NCBI GenBank assembly: GCA_963678315.1
Contig: OY782781.1
Span: 1,710,071 to 1,774,070 of the forward strand
Length of the DNA stretch: 64,000 nt
Source: Candidatus Cloacimonadales bacterium
Lineage (GTDB): Bacteria > Cloacimonadota > Cloacimonadia > Cloacimonadales > JAFGVF01
Direction of reading: 5' to 3'
Shown here: piece by piece, positions 48,301 to 57,306 of the stretch
How the letters are laid out: each line of letters starts with the position of its first letter
Numbering within the stretch: position 1 is the stretch's first letter
Program-made: the position numbers and the translations under genes
Notes under the pieces: model-generated
Told to the model about the DNA's origin: nothing
Databases searched by the model: none
Seen by the model: only the letters and a program-made list of their open reading frames with translations

Positions 48301-49115
48301 ACTGTCAAGCAATTGAAGTATCACAGAATATAAACAATAAATTCAATGAGAAGATAGCATCAATAGGGGCCGGCGTTGCCTGTATGAACATGGGTAAACT
48401 ATCAAAAGCAAAGACTTATTTATTTAAGGCTAAGGAGATTGCACAGAATATTGGAGATATAACAGGTTTGAACAGGATATTATTAGAGCTTGCTATTATT
48501 GAACGTAAGGAAGGCAATAAAGATAAAGCTCTAGCTACATATCAGGAAATCTATGTCTCTGCTATGGATGAAGGTGATTTACAGCATGCTTCTACTATAT
48601 TATATAATATAGCCGAGTACTATTATTCCAATGAAGACAATGATTCAGCCTTAGAATATCTATCAAAAGCTCTCAAAATCCAAGAACGTATCAATGATAA
48701 AGCAAGTATTTGCTATAGCTATGACATGATGGGGGATATATATTTCTCTAATGGAGACTTAGAAAAAGCAGAATCTATCTATTCACAGAATATTAATAGG
48801 CAAAAAGAAGTTGGAGATAATGTAGGGCTTGCTCACAGTAATATGAATCTTGCCAACATCCTACTTTCTCGTAAAGAATTTGATAAGTCTTTACCACTAT
48901 ATTTAGAGCAAATTAGAATTCTTGAAAGCTTGAAAGATGTAGAAGGTCAAGGTAAGGCAAACTATAATGTTGGGGTCAACTTTTATTATCTAAAGGATTT
49001 AGATAATTGTATAAAGCATCTAAGGTTAGCAGAAGAGAAATTCATTGAATGTAATAATAAAGATCTTCTTGCATCTGTGCAAGCTTTATTAGGGAAACTT
49101 GTTCCTAAATCATAA
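45330..49115 (+). CDS. Multidomain signalling protein: two class III nucleotidyl cyclase homology domains, P-loop STAND/AAA NTPase and TPR array
   Basis: CHD1 has FFDISGFT and KFSGDAF. CHD2 has GIIGNAINISARLMS. Walker A is IYGDSGMGKS. The C-terminal third is TPR-like (repeated ..A..Y..AL.I....GD..G...). The start may be ATG 45360 (AAGGA RBS). Confidence 0.85.
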   Translation: MYIAKNKGIAMKKENLSKLSAYVPRIIEKIISDNNLCELPAYFESLQNAGIIFFDISGFTSITERVTSEGYYGVEVITNILNSYFDIMVPLIHKNGGSIVKFSGDAFLAMFPLEKTRFFTRMTAYKEEVAQCLSELNKQFQDLYNFEISIHGGYSYGQVKVQLVSNRKQIYDYIVIGNAVSEAYELCNQAQTGEILGNEIVDVDVFEQNRPSLLELTEVRSSLIESFITKEVGSKLTEALFEAELRFCSILFVGIVPISNEFFTVEQLQRCYQAVSDVVATTGGMINKIDYTDKGYMLIITYGQLVIYDDQIMRAVKCAQELTKIEDKDFYFKIGFTTGSIYSGKIGSNIRAEFGIIGNAINISARLMSLCKANEVTFSQQILSSIRKYTSYNFIGKQKLKGIKDDIEVYKLSVGKNVTKSLYDNRYKDVKYVEIYEQLNFANIDKINKVTAIYGDSGMGKSLSIYKILDNLDSNEFFLSELYEFNKYKIYGFIESLLSSIIGIISMRLQYEDIYKFAEDNNIVIDRTLLQNVFLNENANLSEAEMEIVDNFFVEVIYIYISQYKFLLIDNFDYIDSKSKIIVERLIKKLTNSDIKIILTSHSKLSSEIIASSLIENIELTSLDDNKSESYIRSQIPNISDGAVARLAKIANGNILNLTELCNQILSVKQGSLQIINNDNLNMMFKEGKVANSIESYYLRSYDKLNEEMKTILKIASIIGSMFQFEFVQNLSSQVVNKLDEDLLEHLCQGQYLRLHSKNPESFYVFKNQLFHQAVYKTIPLNEKIKYHKSIAQYLESKYEDSLKDYYEIIAQHFYFSKNKDKTAKYALLAAEKSLSLCLYNQCYYFCKMVISSKQDNAVLAKIIAIEVLTLVKRKDLAKQYIDEISDLVTGELICRYYYAQALYYFSNSDYSKVLSLSLDRSFCNEFYFIRTQLFVLDSYRFLNRKVDFTRLVKNIEKVLTKDSLLLVQLKNIYAQYYIDTSQFELSLITYCQAIEVSQNINNKFNEKIASIGAGVACMNMGKLSKAKTYLFKAKEIAQNIGDITGLNRILLELAIIERKEGNKDKALATYQEIYVSAMDEGDLQHASTILYNIAEYYYSNEDNDSALEYLSKALKIQERINDKASICYSYDMMGDIYFSNGDLEKAESIYSQNINRQKEVGDNVGLAHSNMNLANILLSRKEFDKSLPLYLEQIRILESLKDVEGQGKANYNVGVNFYYLKDLDNCIKHLRLAEEKFIECNNKDLLASVQALLGKLVPKS

Positions 49116-49132
49116 CTAAAATGAGGTTAAAT

Positions 49133-49543
49133 ATGAAAATAAAACTAGTAAATACAGTTGTTCATGCTGAGAATTTTGAATTAGTTAAGAATTGGTATGT
49201 AAAAACCTTTGATTTGAGCGTAACTGAATATCCAGAAGAAGCAGGGAACTATGTTGACTTATCTTCAGAGGGGCAAGACATTGTTGGAATTGCTCAAAAT
49301 GATAATAAGAATCATCCTTTACCATCACCTAGAAGCAATGGGCAATATCTGCAAATATCTTGTTCACATATATTTACTATATTTGAAAGAGTTAAAGCTA
49401 ATGGTGGTAGTGTTACTTGGGGACCAGAACGTGGTAATGGTTATTGGTGTGGGGAAGTACTTGATATAGAAGGTAATCAGATATGGTTATTCACTCCTGA
49501 TTCAGATTTAGTAGAAAAAGTCCCCGATCGATATAAAAGTTAA
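49133..49543 (+). CDS. VOC/glyoxalase-family small protein
   Basis: About 136 aa. The pattern VVHAENFELVKNWYVKTFDL...GYWCGEVLDIEGNQIWLF is typical of the glyoxalase/bleomycin-resistance fold. The track start 49121 is less likely than ATG 49133. Confidence 0.65.
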   Translation: MKIKLVNTVVHAENFELVKNWYVKTFDLSVTEYPEEAGNYVDLSSEGQDIVGIAQNDNKNHPLPSPRSNGQYLQISCSHIFTIFERVKANGGSVTWGPERGNGYWCGEVLDIEGNQIWLFTPDSDLVEKVPDRYKS

Positions 49544-49557
49544 TTAGTTAAAGATAA

Positions 49558-49597
49558 ATAAAAAGTACCGATGTTATTTAACACCGGTACTTTTGTT
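49558..49597. terminator. Bidirectional intrinsic terminator between convergent genes
   Basis: AAAAGTACCGATGTT (49561-75), loop, AACACCGGTACTTTT (49580-94), with an A-run on one side and a T-run on the other. Confidence 0.8.
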
Positions 49598-49611
49598 ATT
49601 CTATGTTTTAT

Positions 49612-52600
49612 TTATTTTTTAGATCTTCTTTCAAAGGGTTCAATATATCTTCTATAGTCTTTGATATTATCATAGCTTCTATAAGATTTTCTCTTTATAG
49701 CTTTACTCTGAGATAAGTTCTTCTTGCTAGCATTTACAGTATGTCTTGTAGGAACATATTTCACTTTATAGAATCTTAAATCATCTGTTGATACAATATT
49801 GAACCATAAATCACTACTTGATCCTATTTGCTCATAGTCTGATAAGTTGTGGCTCTCATATATTTGGTAAGTCACATTACGACTTTCAACATCTTCTGGT
49901 TGTTGCCAGCTAATATGTACCTGATTATTTCTTTCAGTAATATCAAGATCATTTATCCATTTAGCTGTACCTGCCTCTTCTTCTTCTTCTTCAGTATGAA
50001 TAATGTCTAGACCTTGAATGTCAACATGACTTTCATAATTTCCAAGAGAGAAATGTAATCTTAGATCAACATTATATCCTGCATATTCATTAAATTTCAC
50101 AATTAGTTTTGGTGAGTTTGGACTACTAAAATCTACATATAATGTGTCAAAGCCTAAGCCCATGTTAGACAATGCTTGTTGGTCATAGCAATCTATTTCA
50201 TATAGATTAATTAGTGTATCTTCAGGCATATAGTATTCACCATAGATGGTAAAATAATTTAGCATCAAAGGTGGTTCATCAATACCACTCCAACCCCAAG
50301 AAGCCTGATCTACCCATTCAAAGTTGTATTGAGTTTCAATAACTACTTCTTTACCAATCTCTAATTGCGGATAAAGTAGTTCATCTGTATCATTGTCATC
50401 ATCAATATCGTTGAAATCTTGTAAAGTTTGATACTCATAATACCAGCTTGTTCCATGCTGATATTCAAAATTAAAGCCTTCAACTATGTAAGATGAATAA
50501 TAACCATCATAGTAGTAGTCTGTCTCTTCAACATTTTTTAACATTCCATGCCATTCAATATTATGGTGTTTTGCACCAATTCCCAAGCCTGTTATTCCTG
50601 TGCTTGGATCTGGTGTATAATCATGATTATTGGTGTCTATGAACATAGGATTATCATAGATATTTGAATATCCATAAATGCCAGTTTCACCAGAATTAAT
50701 CAATGAATAGTTGATTGAAATTTCTTGATTTTCTCCAATGAATGGTGCTTCAGAATATTCTTCACTCCAAAAAATAGACCTATGAGCATATATTTGAGAG
50801 TTATCTAGAATTCCGAATGTTTGATAATTAGAAAAAGTAGACTCATATATACTAATAGTACTATTGTTTGTTAAATCAAGTGGAATATAGCCTTCATCAA
50901 TATCGTAATCATCATAGAATATAGAGCCCCACATTTCAGCAATACTATTATTAAGAGCAATTGAAGTGTTACAATAAGCATAAGTACAATAACTTAAATC
51001 ATCACCATATCCCTCTGAAATGCTAACAGCTTCCTGTAGTTGATTATAACTATTATATCTTAAGTTACTATAAGCTCCTATTGTATTAATTCCTATACCA
51101 GGGTTATTAGGTCCTCTACCGTTTATGACAGTATTTTCAACCCTAATTTCAACATCAGAGAGATAGATTGCTTGGCTGTGAATAGCAGTATGATATCCAT
51201 TAATTACACAATTATCTATATATGTGTCTGATATATCATATAAGCCAAATCCGATTGAGGATTCTGAGTCTTCTGCAAAATAGCTTAGTCTTAAACCCCA
51301 GAAATTAGCTTGATTGACAAATTCAATTCCACTTGAATTATAACTTATTCCCTTAGGATAGTTGGAAATAGCACCTGTTTGAACATTCAAAAGTACATTT
51401 CCTAAGCCATGAATACCAATTTCATCATAGTCTGGGAAGTCGTAAGAACGATTTAAATTAATGTTACTTATGTCCGCTGATGTTTGAATTTCTGTATTCT
51501 GATTAATGATATTGATAGCTGTTTTTGTAGAATCTATATCAATATAATCCATGGTTACATTATATAGACCATAGAGAACAATACCACTACTAGAATTTTC
51601 ATAATTGTTTCTAATTGTAATATTGTTGAAGGTCGGTTCAGAAACAAGAGTGAAATCGTTTCCTGTTTCAAAATAGATACCATTGGTAAAACCTCTAATC
51701 TCCATATCTTCTAATGTTGGAGATGCTGGACAGTCAAATCTAATACCAGCATTATCAGTTCTTGAAGAGTTAGAAGAATTTTTAACTCTAACACCTGTCA
51801 TCAATGGAGCTATCAAATCTTCATTATCATCAAGGAATTCATTAAAATAGATACCATAATCATAACCTTCAATATCAATATCATCTATTTCAGGAGAGCA
51901 CTTGTAATCAACAAAAATACCATATTGACCACCACGTGAAGAGTTAGAAGAATTTTTTACTCTAACACCTGTCATTAGTGGGATTAACTCCTGAGTATCA
52001 TCATAAGTTCCATGATTATTCTTTAACTCAATACCTATATCATAATCTTCAATATCAACATTATTAATTTGCGGTGCAGATGCATAACCAACTGCTATAC
52101 CTCGGGAAGTAGTACGTGAAGAATTAGAAGAATTCTTAACTCTAACACCTGTCATTAAAGGAATATCTAGGCCTTCATCATCTAAGAAAGAACCATTGTT
52201 ATCTATATCAATACCAGTTGAGAAACCTTCAATATTTATGTTTTCTATTTCAACTTTATAAGAACCCAGAGCTTTAATTCCTGTTCTTTCATTTCTAGTT
52301 TCTTCTGTGTTTATTAGGTTTGTGTCTCTAATTTTAACTTGATTAGATTGTAGTTCAGATTCATTACTTAGAACAATACCTTGTTCTACATTGATTAAGG
52401 AATCTGCAGCAATTTCTATATTCCTAACATTAGCAACTTTAATACCAATTCTATCAGTACGTGATGAGTTTGAAGAATTTTTAACTCTAACACCAGTCAT
52501 CAATGTTAAATCTAAACCATCATTATCATCTAATTCAATACCTATATCGTAGCCTGATATGTCTATACCATTAGTTGAAATTTGAGTATTGCTTACTTTC

Positions 52601-55296
52601 AGACCTGAACTTGAAGCACCACCATCAGCTTTACTTAGCTTTACATTATTAAGAGTTACATTAGAACGGTTTCTTGTATTATCTGTAGAAGTTAATTCAA
52701 TACCGCCAGCAAAATTGTTAAACTCTGAATTGTTTATAATTATATCAGAATCTTCTACATAAAGACCTTTACCAGAGTTTAAACTATCTTGACTGCTTAA
52801 CTTAATATGGTCCAGTGAACTAATATTACGAGTTCTACTTTCAGATCCAATAATTCTAATACCTTCATTATATCCAGCTATCTCCAATGAATCTATTGTA
52901 ATAGCACCGTTATTAATAACTTGAATTGCGTATCGTTCACCTTCTTCTTGATTAACTCTAGATATCATACAATGAGACAAGTTTAGTTCTGCATGGTCAA
53001 CAATAATTGCTGTTGAAGCATCTTCGAAAGAACAATCTTCAAGCATACTTTCTCTTTGGTCATTTGAGAAATACATGCCTTCCCAGCCATTTCCATTAGA
53101 TCTGAAATTAACATTCTGAGCCTCAACAGTTCCCTCAATATTTAAACTAGCCCCCTCTGAAAGAATAACTTCAGCTCCTGCTTGAATGACAAGAGTTGAA
53201 TCTTCGTCAATAGTATGATTTTGTGTAATAGCAATTGAGCCCTGCCAGTTGTTTGACTCAGGGTTTTCTTTAGGAACAACATTTACTATAATAGAAGATG
53301 TTGATTGATACATTTGATTTGCTACAGTTAAATCAACTTGATATTGACCTTGGAACATAAATGTATAAGCTGGATTCTCTTCGAAAGATATTTCACCTGC
53401 AAGGTTCCATTGAGATGAAGTATATACACCAGTAGAAGCATTTACAAATTGTATCTCTGTACCTGCTTCAACATCTAATGTTATATCTAGGTTACTTACT
53501 TCGATAATACTTTGTACTTCTCCAAATGTAGAAATATAATCTGTCATAACTAAAGTGTTAGTTTCATCATAAGCATTGGTAACTGTTAATGATACACTAT
53601 AATGTGACGAAGTTTCATAACTATAAGAAGGATTTTGTTCATAGGAATCTATATTTCCATCATTATCAAAATCCCACTCCCATGATATAGGGTCTCCACC
53701 AGATAAGTCAGTAAATTGCACCATCTCTCCAATTTCTGGACTTTGATTATTAACTGTGAAATTTGCTATGAGTTGATCTATCACAACTACTTGTCGTGTA
53801 TATATAGATTCTCTGTTATTGTCTGTATCTCTAACAGTTAAAGTGACGGTATAATCTCCTACCTCACTAAACTGATACATAGGGTTAGTAGCATTAGAAT
53901 CTATTATCCCATCACTATTAAAATCCCACATAAACATAATATTGTCATTAATTGAGAAAACATCTGTTCCACTTAAAGCTTCAAATTGAGTGTTATTAAC
54001 CAAGTATATTGGTTCTATATCTAATGAAATTCTTGCTGAAACCCATGGTAAATATGGCATAGCCCCATCGATTAACCAGATATCATTAAAATTAAATCCA
54101 TAATTACTATAAGTTATTTGGTCTGTAGATTCAAAAATATCCATTTGCTGAACATTTGAATTTCCAGATTGATTGAAGCCCATACCTAATTCATTATTAA
54201 CATAATCTGGGTCTGTGTTTAAATATAGAACATTTTCTATTGTAGAATCTCCTCCATTAAAACCAGCAAACAAACCGACATTAGTGTATCCTGTAACATT
54301 TCCTGTAGAATAACAATGCTCTATATTAGCATTATTACTGTTTGAAGCAACAAAACCACCACTGTTTATTCCAGAAGCATTGACATTACCAGTTGCATAG
54401 CAGTTTTCTATATTTCCACCATTATTCTCACCAACAAAGCCACCTATTCTACTATTACCAGTGACGTCTCCTTCTGCATAACTGTTTATTATTGCTCCAT
54501 CATTTTTACCAATAAGTCCACCAACATAATCGTAACCATTGATATTTCCTGAGCTTGAACAGTTTTGAATTGTTGAATTATGAACTGATTCACCTGTAAT
54601 TCCACCAATGAAATAATACAGACCTGTTACATCTGACATTGAAGAACAGTTTGATATAGATGAATTATACCATAATGCACCGGCAATACCACCTACTTTC
54701 TTATAATCACCATTGATTGTAGCATTACTTGTTGATAAGTATATTTCAGAATTATGTGAAACTAAACCAGTAATTCCACCTAAAAGTTGAGAATGTGCTA
54801 CTATATTTCCAGTTACAGAACACCCTTCAATACAAGCATATTCAGTTATAAGCCCAGCTACAGCACCAACTGCACTTTGTCCATTTATATCAACATTTTC
54901 TAACTCAAGATTTCGAATCTTTCCACCTAAAACATAACCAAACAAACCTATATTGCTATGATTTGGTCTGTTTATAAATAGATTTGTAATCTTGTAACCG
55001 TTACCATTGTAGTTACCAGAGAATTTATTCGAATCATAGTTGTTGTAATTATCACCAATTGGTTTAAATCCCATTCCATTATTTAAAGCCAATGATGCAG
55101 ATGCATCAATATCATTAACTTGGATAAAATAGCTATTCCAACAGGCTTGATTGTTACTAATCCAAACTAAATTGTCTAAGCTTTCTACCTGATAAGGTGC
55201 TTCAGATGTACCTTCACCACTTTGTGGCATTACACCTTGAGCAAAAAAAGTTAATGTAAAACATATGACAAATAACATTAACAAATTTCTTTTCAT
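49612..55296 (-). CDS. Giant secreted protein (1894 aa): N-terminal GLUG-motif repeats, three PKD domains, long parallel beta-helix with near-identical internal repeats, C-terminal FN3-like module and basic tail
   Basis: Signal peptide present. GLUG-type repeats (VGAVAGLI, LGGITGLV, VGGIAGAL, IGGITGES, VGGLIGKN, IGGFVGEN). PKD-like FMWDFNSDG..YTVTLTVRD and WEWDFDNDG..YSVSLTVTN. Four copies of LMTGVRVKNSSNSSR. No Por_Secre_tail. Confidence 0.85.
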   Translation of the reverse strand: MKRNLLMLFVICFTLTFFAQGVMPQSGEGTSEAPYQVESLDNLVWISNNQACWNSYFIQVNDIDASASLALNNGMGFKPIGDNYNNYDSNKFSGNYNGNGYKITNLFINRPNHSNIGLFGYVLGGKIRNLELENVDINGQSAVGAVAGLITEYACIEGCSVTGNIVAHSQLLGGITGLVSHNSEIYLSTSNATINGDYKKVGGIAGALWYNSSISNCSSMSDVTGLYYFIGGITGESVHNSTIQNCSSSGNINGYDYVGGLIGKNDGAIINSYAEGDVTGNSRIGGFVGENNGGNIENCYATGNVNASGINSGGFVASNSNNANIEHCYSTGNVTGYTNVGLFAGFNGGDSTIENVLYLNTDPDYVNNELGMGFNQSGNSNVQQMDIFESTDQITYSNYGFNFNDIWLIDGAMPYLPWVSARISLDIEPIYLVNNTQFEALSGTDVFSINDNIMFMWDFNSDGIIDSNATNPMYQFSEVGDYTVTLTVRDTDNNRESIYTRQVVVIDQLIANFTVNNQSPEIGEMVQFTDLSGGDPISWEWDFDNDGNIDSYEQNPSYSYETSSHYSVSLTVTNAYDETNTLVMTDYISTFGEVQSIIEVSNLDITLDVEAGTEIQFVNASTGVYTSSQWNLAGEISFEENPAYTFMFQGQYQVDLTVANQMYQSTSSIIVNVVPKENPESNNWQGSIAITQNHTIDEDSTLVIQAGAEVILSEGASLNIEGTVEAQNVNFRSNGNGWEGMYFSNDQRESMLEDCSFEDASTAIIVDHAELNLSHCMISRVNQEEGERYAIQVINNGAITIDSLEIAGYNEGIRIIGSESRTRNISSLDHIKLSSQDSLNSGKGLYVEDSDIIINNSEFNNFAGGIELTSTDNTRNRSNVTLNNVKLSKADGGASSSGLKVSNTQISTNGIDISGYDIGIELDDNDGLDLTLMTGVRVKNSSNSSRTDRIGIKVANVRNIEIAADSLINVEQGIVLSNESELQSNQVKIRDTNLINTEETRNERTGIKALGSYKVEIENINIEGFSTGIDIDNNGSFLDDEGLDIPLMTGVRVKNSSNSSRTTSRGIAVGYASAPQINNVDIEDYDIGIELKNNHGTYDDTQELIPLMTGVRVKNSSNSSRGGQYGIFVDYKCSPEIDDIDIEGYDYGIYFNEFLDDNEDLIAPLMTGVRVKNSSNSSRTDNAGIRFDCPASPTLEDMEIRGFTNGIYFETGNDFTLVSEPTFNNITIRNNYENSSSGIVLYGLYNVTMDYIDIDSTKTAINIINQNTEIQTSADISNINLNRSYDFPDYDEIGIHGLGNVLLNVQTGAISNYPKGISYNSSGIEFVNQANFWGLRLSYFAEDSESSIGFGLYDISDTYIDNCVINGYHTAIHSQAIYLSDVEIRVENTVINGRGPNNPGIGINTIGAYSNLRYNSYNQLQEAVSISEGYGDDLSYCTYAYCNTSIALNNSIAEMWGSIFYDDYDIDEGYIPLDLTNNSTISIYESTFSNYQTFGILDNSQIYAHRSIFWSEEYSEAPFIGENQEISINYSLINSGETGIYGYSNIYDNPMFIDTNNHDYTPDPSTGITGLGIGAKHHNIEWHGMLKNVEETDYYYDGYYSSYIVEGFNFEYQHGTSWYYEYQTLQDFNDIDDDNDTDELLYPQLEIGKEVVIETQYNFEWVDQASWGWSGIDEPPLMLNYFTIYGEYYMPEDTLINLYEIDCYDQQALSNMGLGFDTLYVDFSSPNSPKLIVKFNEYAGYNVDLRLHFSLGNYESHVDIQGLDIIHTEEEEEEAGTAKWINDLDITERNNQVHISWQQPEDVESRNVTYQIYESHNLSDYEQIGSSSDLWFNIVSTDDLRFYKVKYVPTRHTVNASKKNLSQSKAIKRKSYRSYDNIKDYRRYIEPFERRSKK
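51750..52510 (-). repeat. Four intragenic repeats encoding (P)LMTGVRVKNSSNSSR, conserved at nucleotide level
   Basis: Roughly 45-nt cores at about 51761, 51934, 52114 and 52459 (plus-strand c(g/t)tga(a/t)ga(g/a)tt(a/t)gaagaatt(c/t)tt(a/t)actctaacacc(t/a)gtcat). The flanking repeat sequence has diverged. Confidence 0.85.
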
Positions 55297-55574
55297 AATT
55301 ATACTCCTTGATTATAATTCATTATTAACGATCAAAACACAATACTAATTATCTACTAAATAATAAAATAGGCAATCTTTTTTTTAATAAATATTTCTTA
55401 ACTAAGGTCCTTTCTTTACACATTAAGTTTTTAAGAATTACTGCGAAATCTGATAAAAGGAGCTTATGTACTAATAATAGTCATCATTAACAATTTAGCA
55501 TTTATGATTTATCTGATATAAAATGAGTTTTCTTTCAGCAAAGATATGACTTTTTGACTGTAATTTATATTAGT

Positions 55575-56262
55575 GGTAAGGTCGTGCTTACTGGCCTCTT
55601 TGAAAAAAAGCCGATTTTTCAATGAGGCAAGTAAGGGAGGAGTTAGGAGTGAGTTTAGGAGTGTAAGCATCCACCGAAGGTTGAAGGAACTTCATGCTTA
55701 CGCAAACTATAGAGACGAACGAATGTTCGTCTAAATCAAAAATGAAGGAAGAGAGTTGAGATGAGATCCATTTTATCACCCATGGTTAAACCATGGGCTC
55801 TTTATTGATTTACCCTTACAGGGTATAAATACCTTTATGTCCCTTGGGGACATCTCACCACAAAGCCCATGATTTCAATCGTGGGTGATGTTAGAAGTTA
55901 GGACATACTGGTACCGCCTGCCTCTTTTAGGGGTGGTTTCAATCGTCTTAGCCGATTACGGTCCCTTCTGAATGCGCATCTTTAAACATGCTTGCATGGT
56001 TAAAGAGAAAAAACTTATCTTTTGGAGTGCATTCATCCCTGAATGCGCATCTTTAAACATGCTTGCATGGTTAAAGAGAAGATACTTTAACATCATTCTT
56101 GATGAATGATGTTTCGCAAGCAAGGACTGTGACAGGCGAAGACTGTTGCTGGCAAGCCAAAGTGAATTTGTAGAGACGTTCTGCAAAAGGTCTCAAACGT
56201 AATCTACAGTCTTTACTGTCACAGTACTATTTTTGTAAAAGCTAATGCATCATCTGGGATAA
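55575..56262. repeat. Repeat cluster R6 (inverted orientation relative to R1-R3 and R5)
   Basis: Contains reverse complements of the long ccttgaaaaa/tttttcaagg-type hairpin, a short heptamer array, the gcgtaagcat/atgcttac module, cccatggttaaaccatggg, tacccttacagggta, gtcccttggggac, cccatgatttcaatcgtggg and the atgcgcat/catgcttgcatg module (duplicated). It ends with a solo MITE end (56221-56258). Confidence 0.9.
55968..56079. repeat. 41-bp direct repeat x2 (period 71 bp) inside R6
   Basis: ctgaatgcgcatctttaaacatgcttgcatggttaaagaga occurs at 55968-56008 and 56039-56079. Each copy contains the nested hairpin tctttaa-a-catg-cttg-catg-g-ttaaaga. Confidence 0.9.
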
Positions 56263-56383
56263 TAGGCATAAAAAACAGAAAAATGGGATAAAATGCAATT
56301 ATGATTTGACAATAATAACAATTAGCTTAAATTTTTATAGTAATATTGATTAATATATTAAATAAAATAAAAGAAAGGGGATT

Positions 56384-57304
56384 ATGAAGAACATTTTACT
56401 CAAACAAGCGATGATGAATAAAGTATTGTATGCTTTAATACCATCGATAATATTTTCAGTTTTCTTGTTTGGTTGGAGATCTTTAGTAGTGATATTATTC
56501 ACAAACACGATAGCTTTTCTAACTGAATACATGTTTATACGTAAGAAGAAAATGGGAAAAGTTTCCATGGCAGTATTTGTTACAGGAACACTTTTAGCTA
56601 TGTCTTTGCCTCCAACTATTCCATTATGGATAGCGGGAGTTGGTGCTGTTATTGCAGTAGCCTTTGGTAAGATGGTGTTTGGTGGATTTGGTATGAATAT
56701 CTTTAATCCAGCAATTGTGGGTAGAACATTTATCTATGTTTCATTCCCACAGCAAATGACAATTAACTGGTTAAAACCTTTTACAAGTTTTCCTGGTGGT
56801 TTTTTACATTATCAGAATGGGATTGATATGCAAACATCAGCAACAATTCTATCTTCTTCTAAGCTAGGTCAAACAAGTGGGTACAGTTTTGTAGATGCGC
56901 TTATAGGTCTTATTCCAGGATCTATTGGTGAGACTTCAGCCATATTAATTATTCTTGGTGGTTTATATTTAATCTTAACTAAAACAGCCAAGTGGCAAGC
57001 AATGCTAGCTACATTAGCTTCTTTATATCTATTTAATGGATTCTTCTATGGATTTAGCGAGGCTCTTTATTATCTAGTGAGTGGTGGAGCTTTATTTGGG
57101 ATAGTTTACATGGTAACCGATCCTGTTTCACAAGCAAAAACCAAAAATGGATTATGGATTTATGGAATAATGATTGGATTCCTGACAGTATTTATAAGAA
57201 AATACTCCTTGTTTAGTGAAGGCTTCATGTTTGCTATTCTGCTAGCAAATACATTTATGCCTATCATTGAATATTATCTTAAACCTAAGAAGAAAGGAGC
57301 ATAA
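56384..57304 (+). CDS. nqrB: NqrB/RnfD-family membrane subunit (short, RnfD-length)
   Basis: FGGFGMNIFNPA, SATIL (flavinylation-region analogue of SGATPL), GSIGETSAILIILGGLYL and YMVTDPVS. 306 aa. Confidence 0.9.
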   Translation: MKNILLKQAMMNKVLYALIPSIIFSVFLFGWRSLVVILFTNTIAFLTEYMFIRKKKMGKVSMAVFVTGTLLAMSLPPTIPLWIAGVGAVIAVAFGKMVFGGFGMNIFNPAIVGRTFIYVSFPQQMTINWLKPFTSFPGGFLHYQNGIDMQTSATILSSSKLGQTSGYSFVDALIGLIPGSIGETSAILIILGGLYLILTKTAKWQAMLATLASLYLFNGFFYGFSEALYYLVSGGALFGIVYMVTDPVSQAKTKNGLWIYGIMIGFLTVFIRKYSLFSEGFMFAILLANTFMPIIEYYLKPKKKGA

Positions 57305-57306
57305 AA

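Noticed and set aside
45330-49115. Cyclase gene as part of a CBASS- or Pycsar-type anti-phage system
   Set aside because: No adjacent effector with a cyclic-nucleotide-binding domain, TM/TIR/nuclease effector or other defence gene is present. The architecture fits a STAND-type signalling protein instead.
55588-56568. ORFs 55588..55779, 55956..56186 and 56350..56568 (minus strand)
   Set aside because: The first two lie within the R6 repeat modules. The third overlaps the nqrB start region antisense. None has an RBS or conservation with the other clusters.
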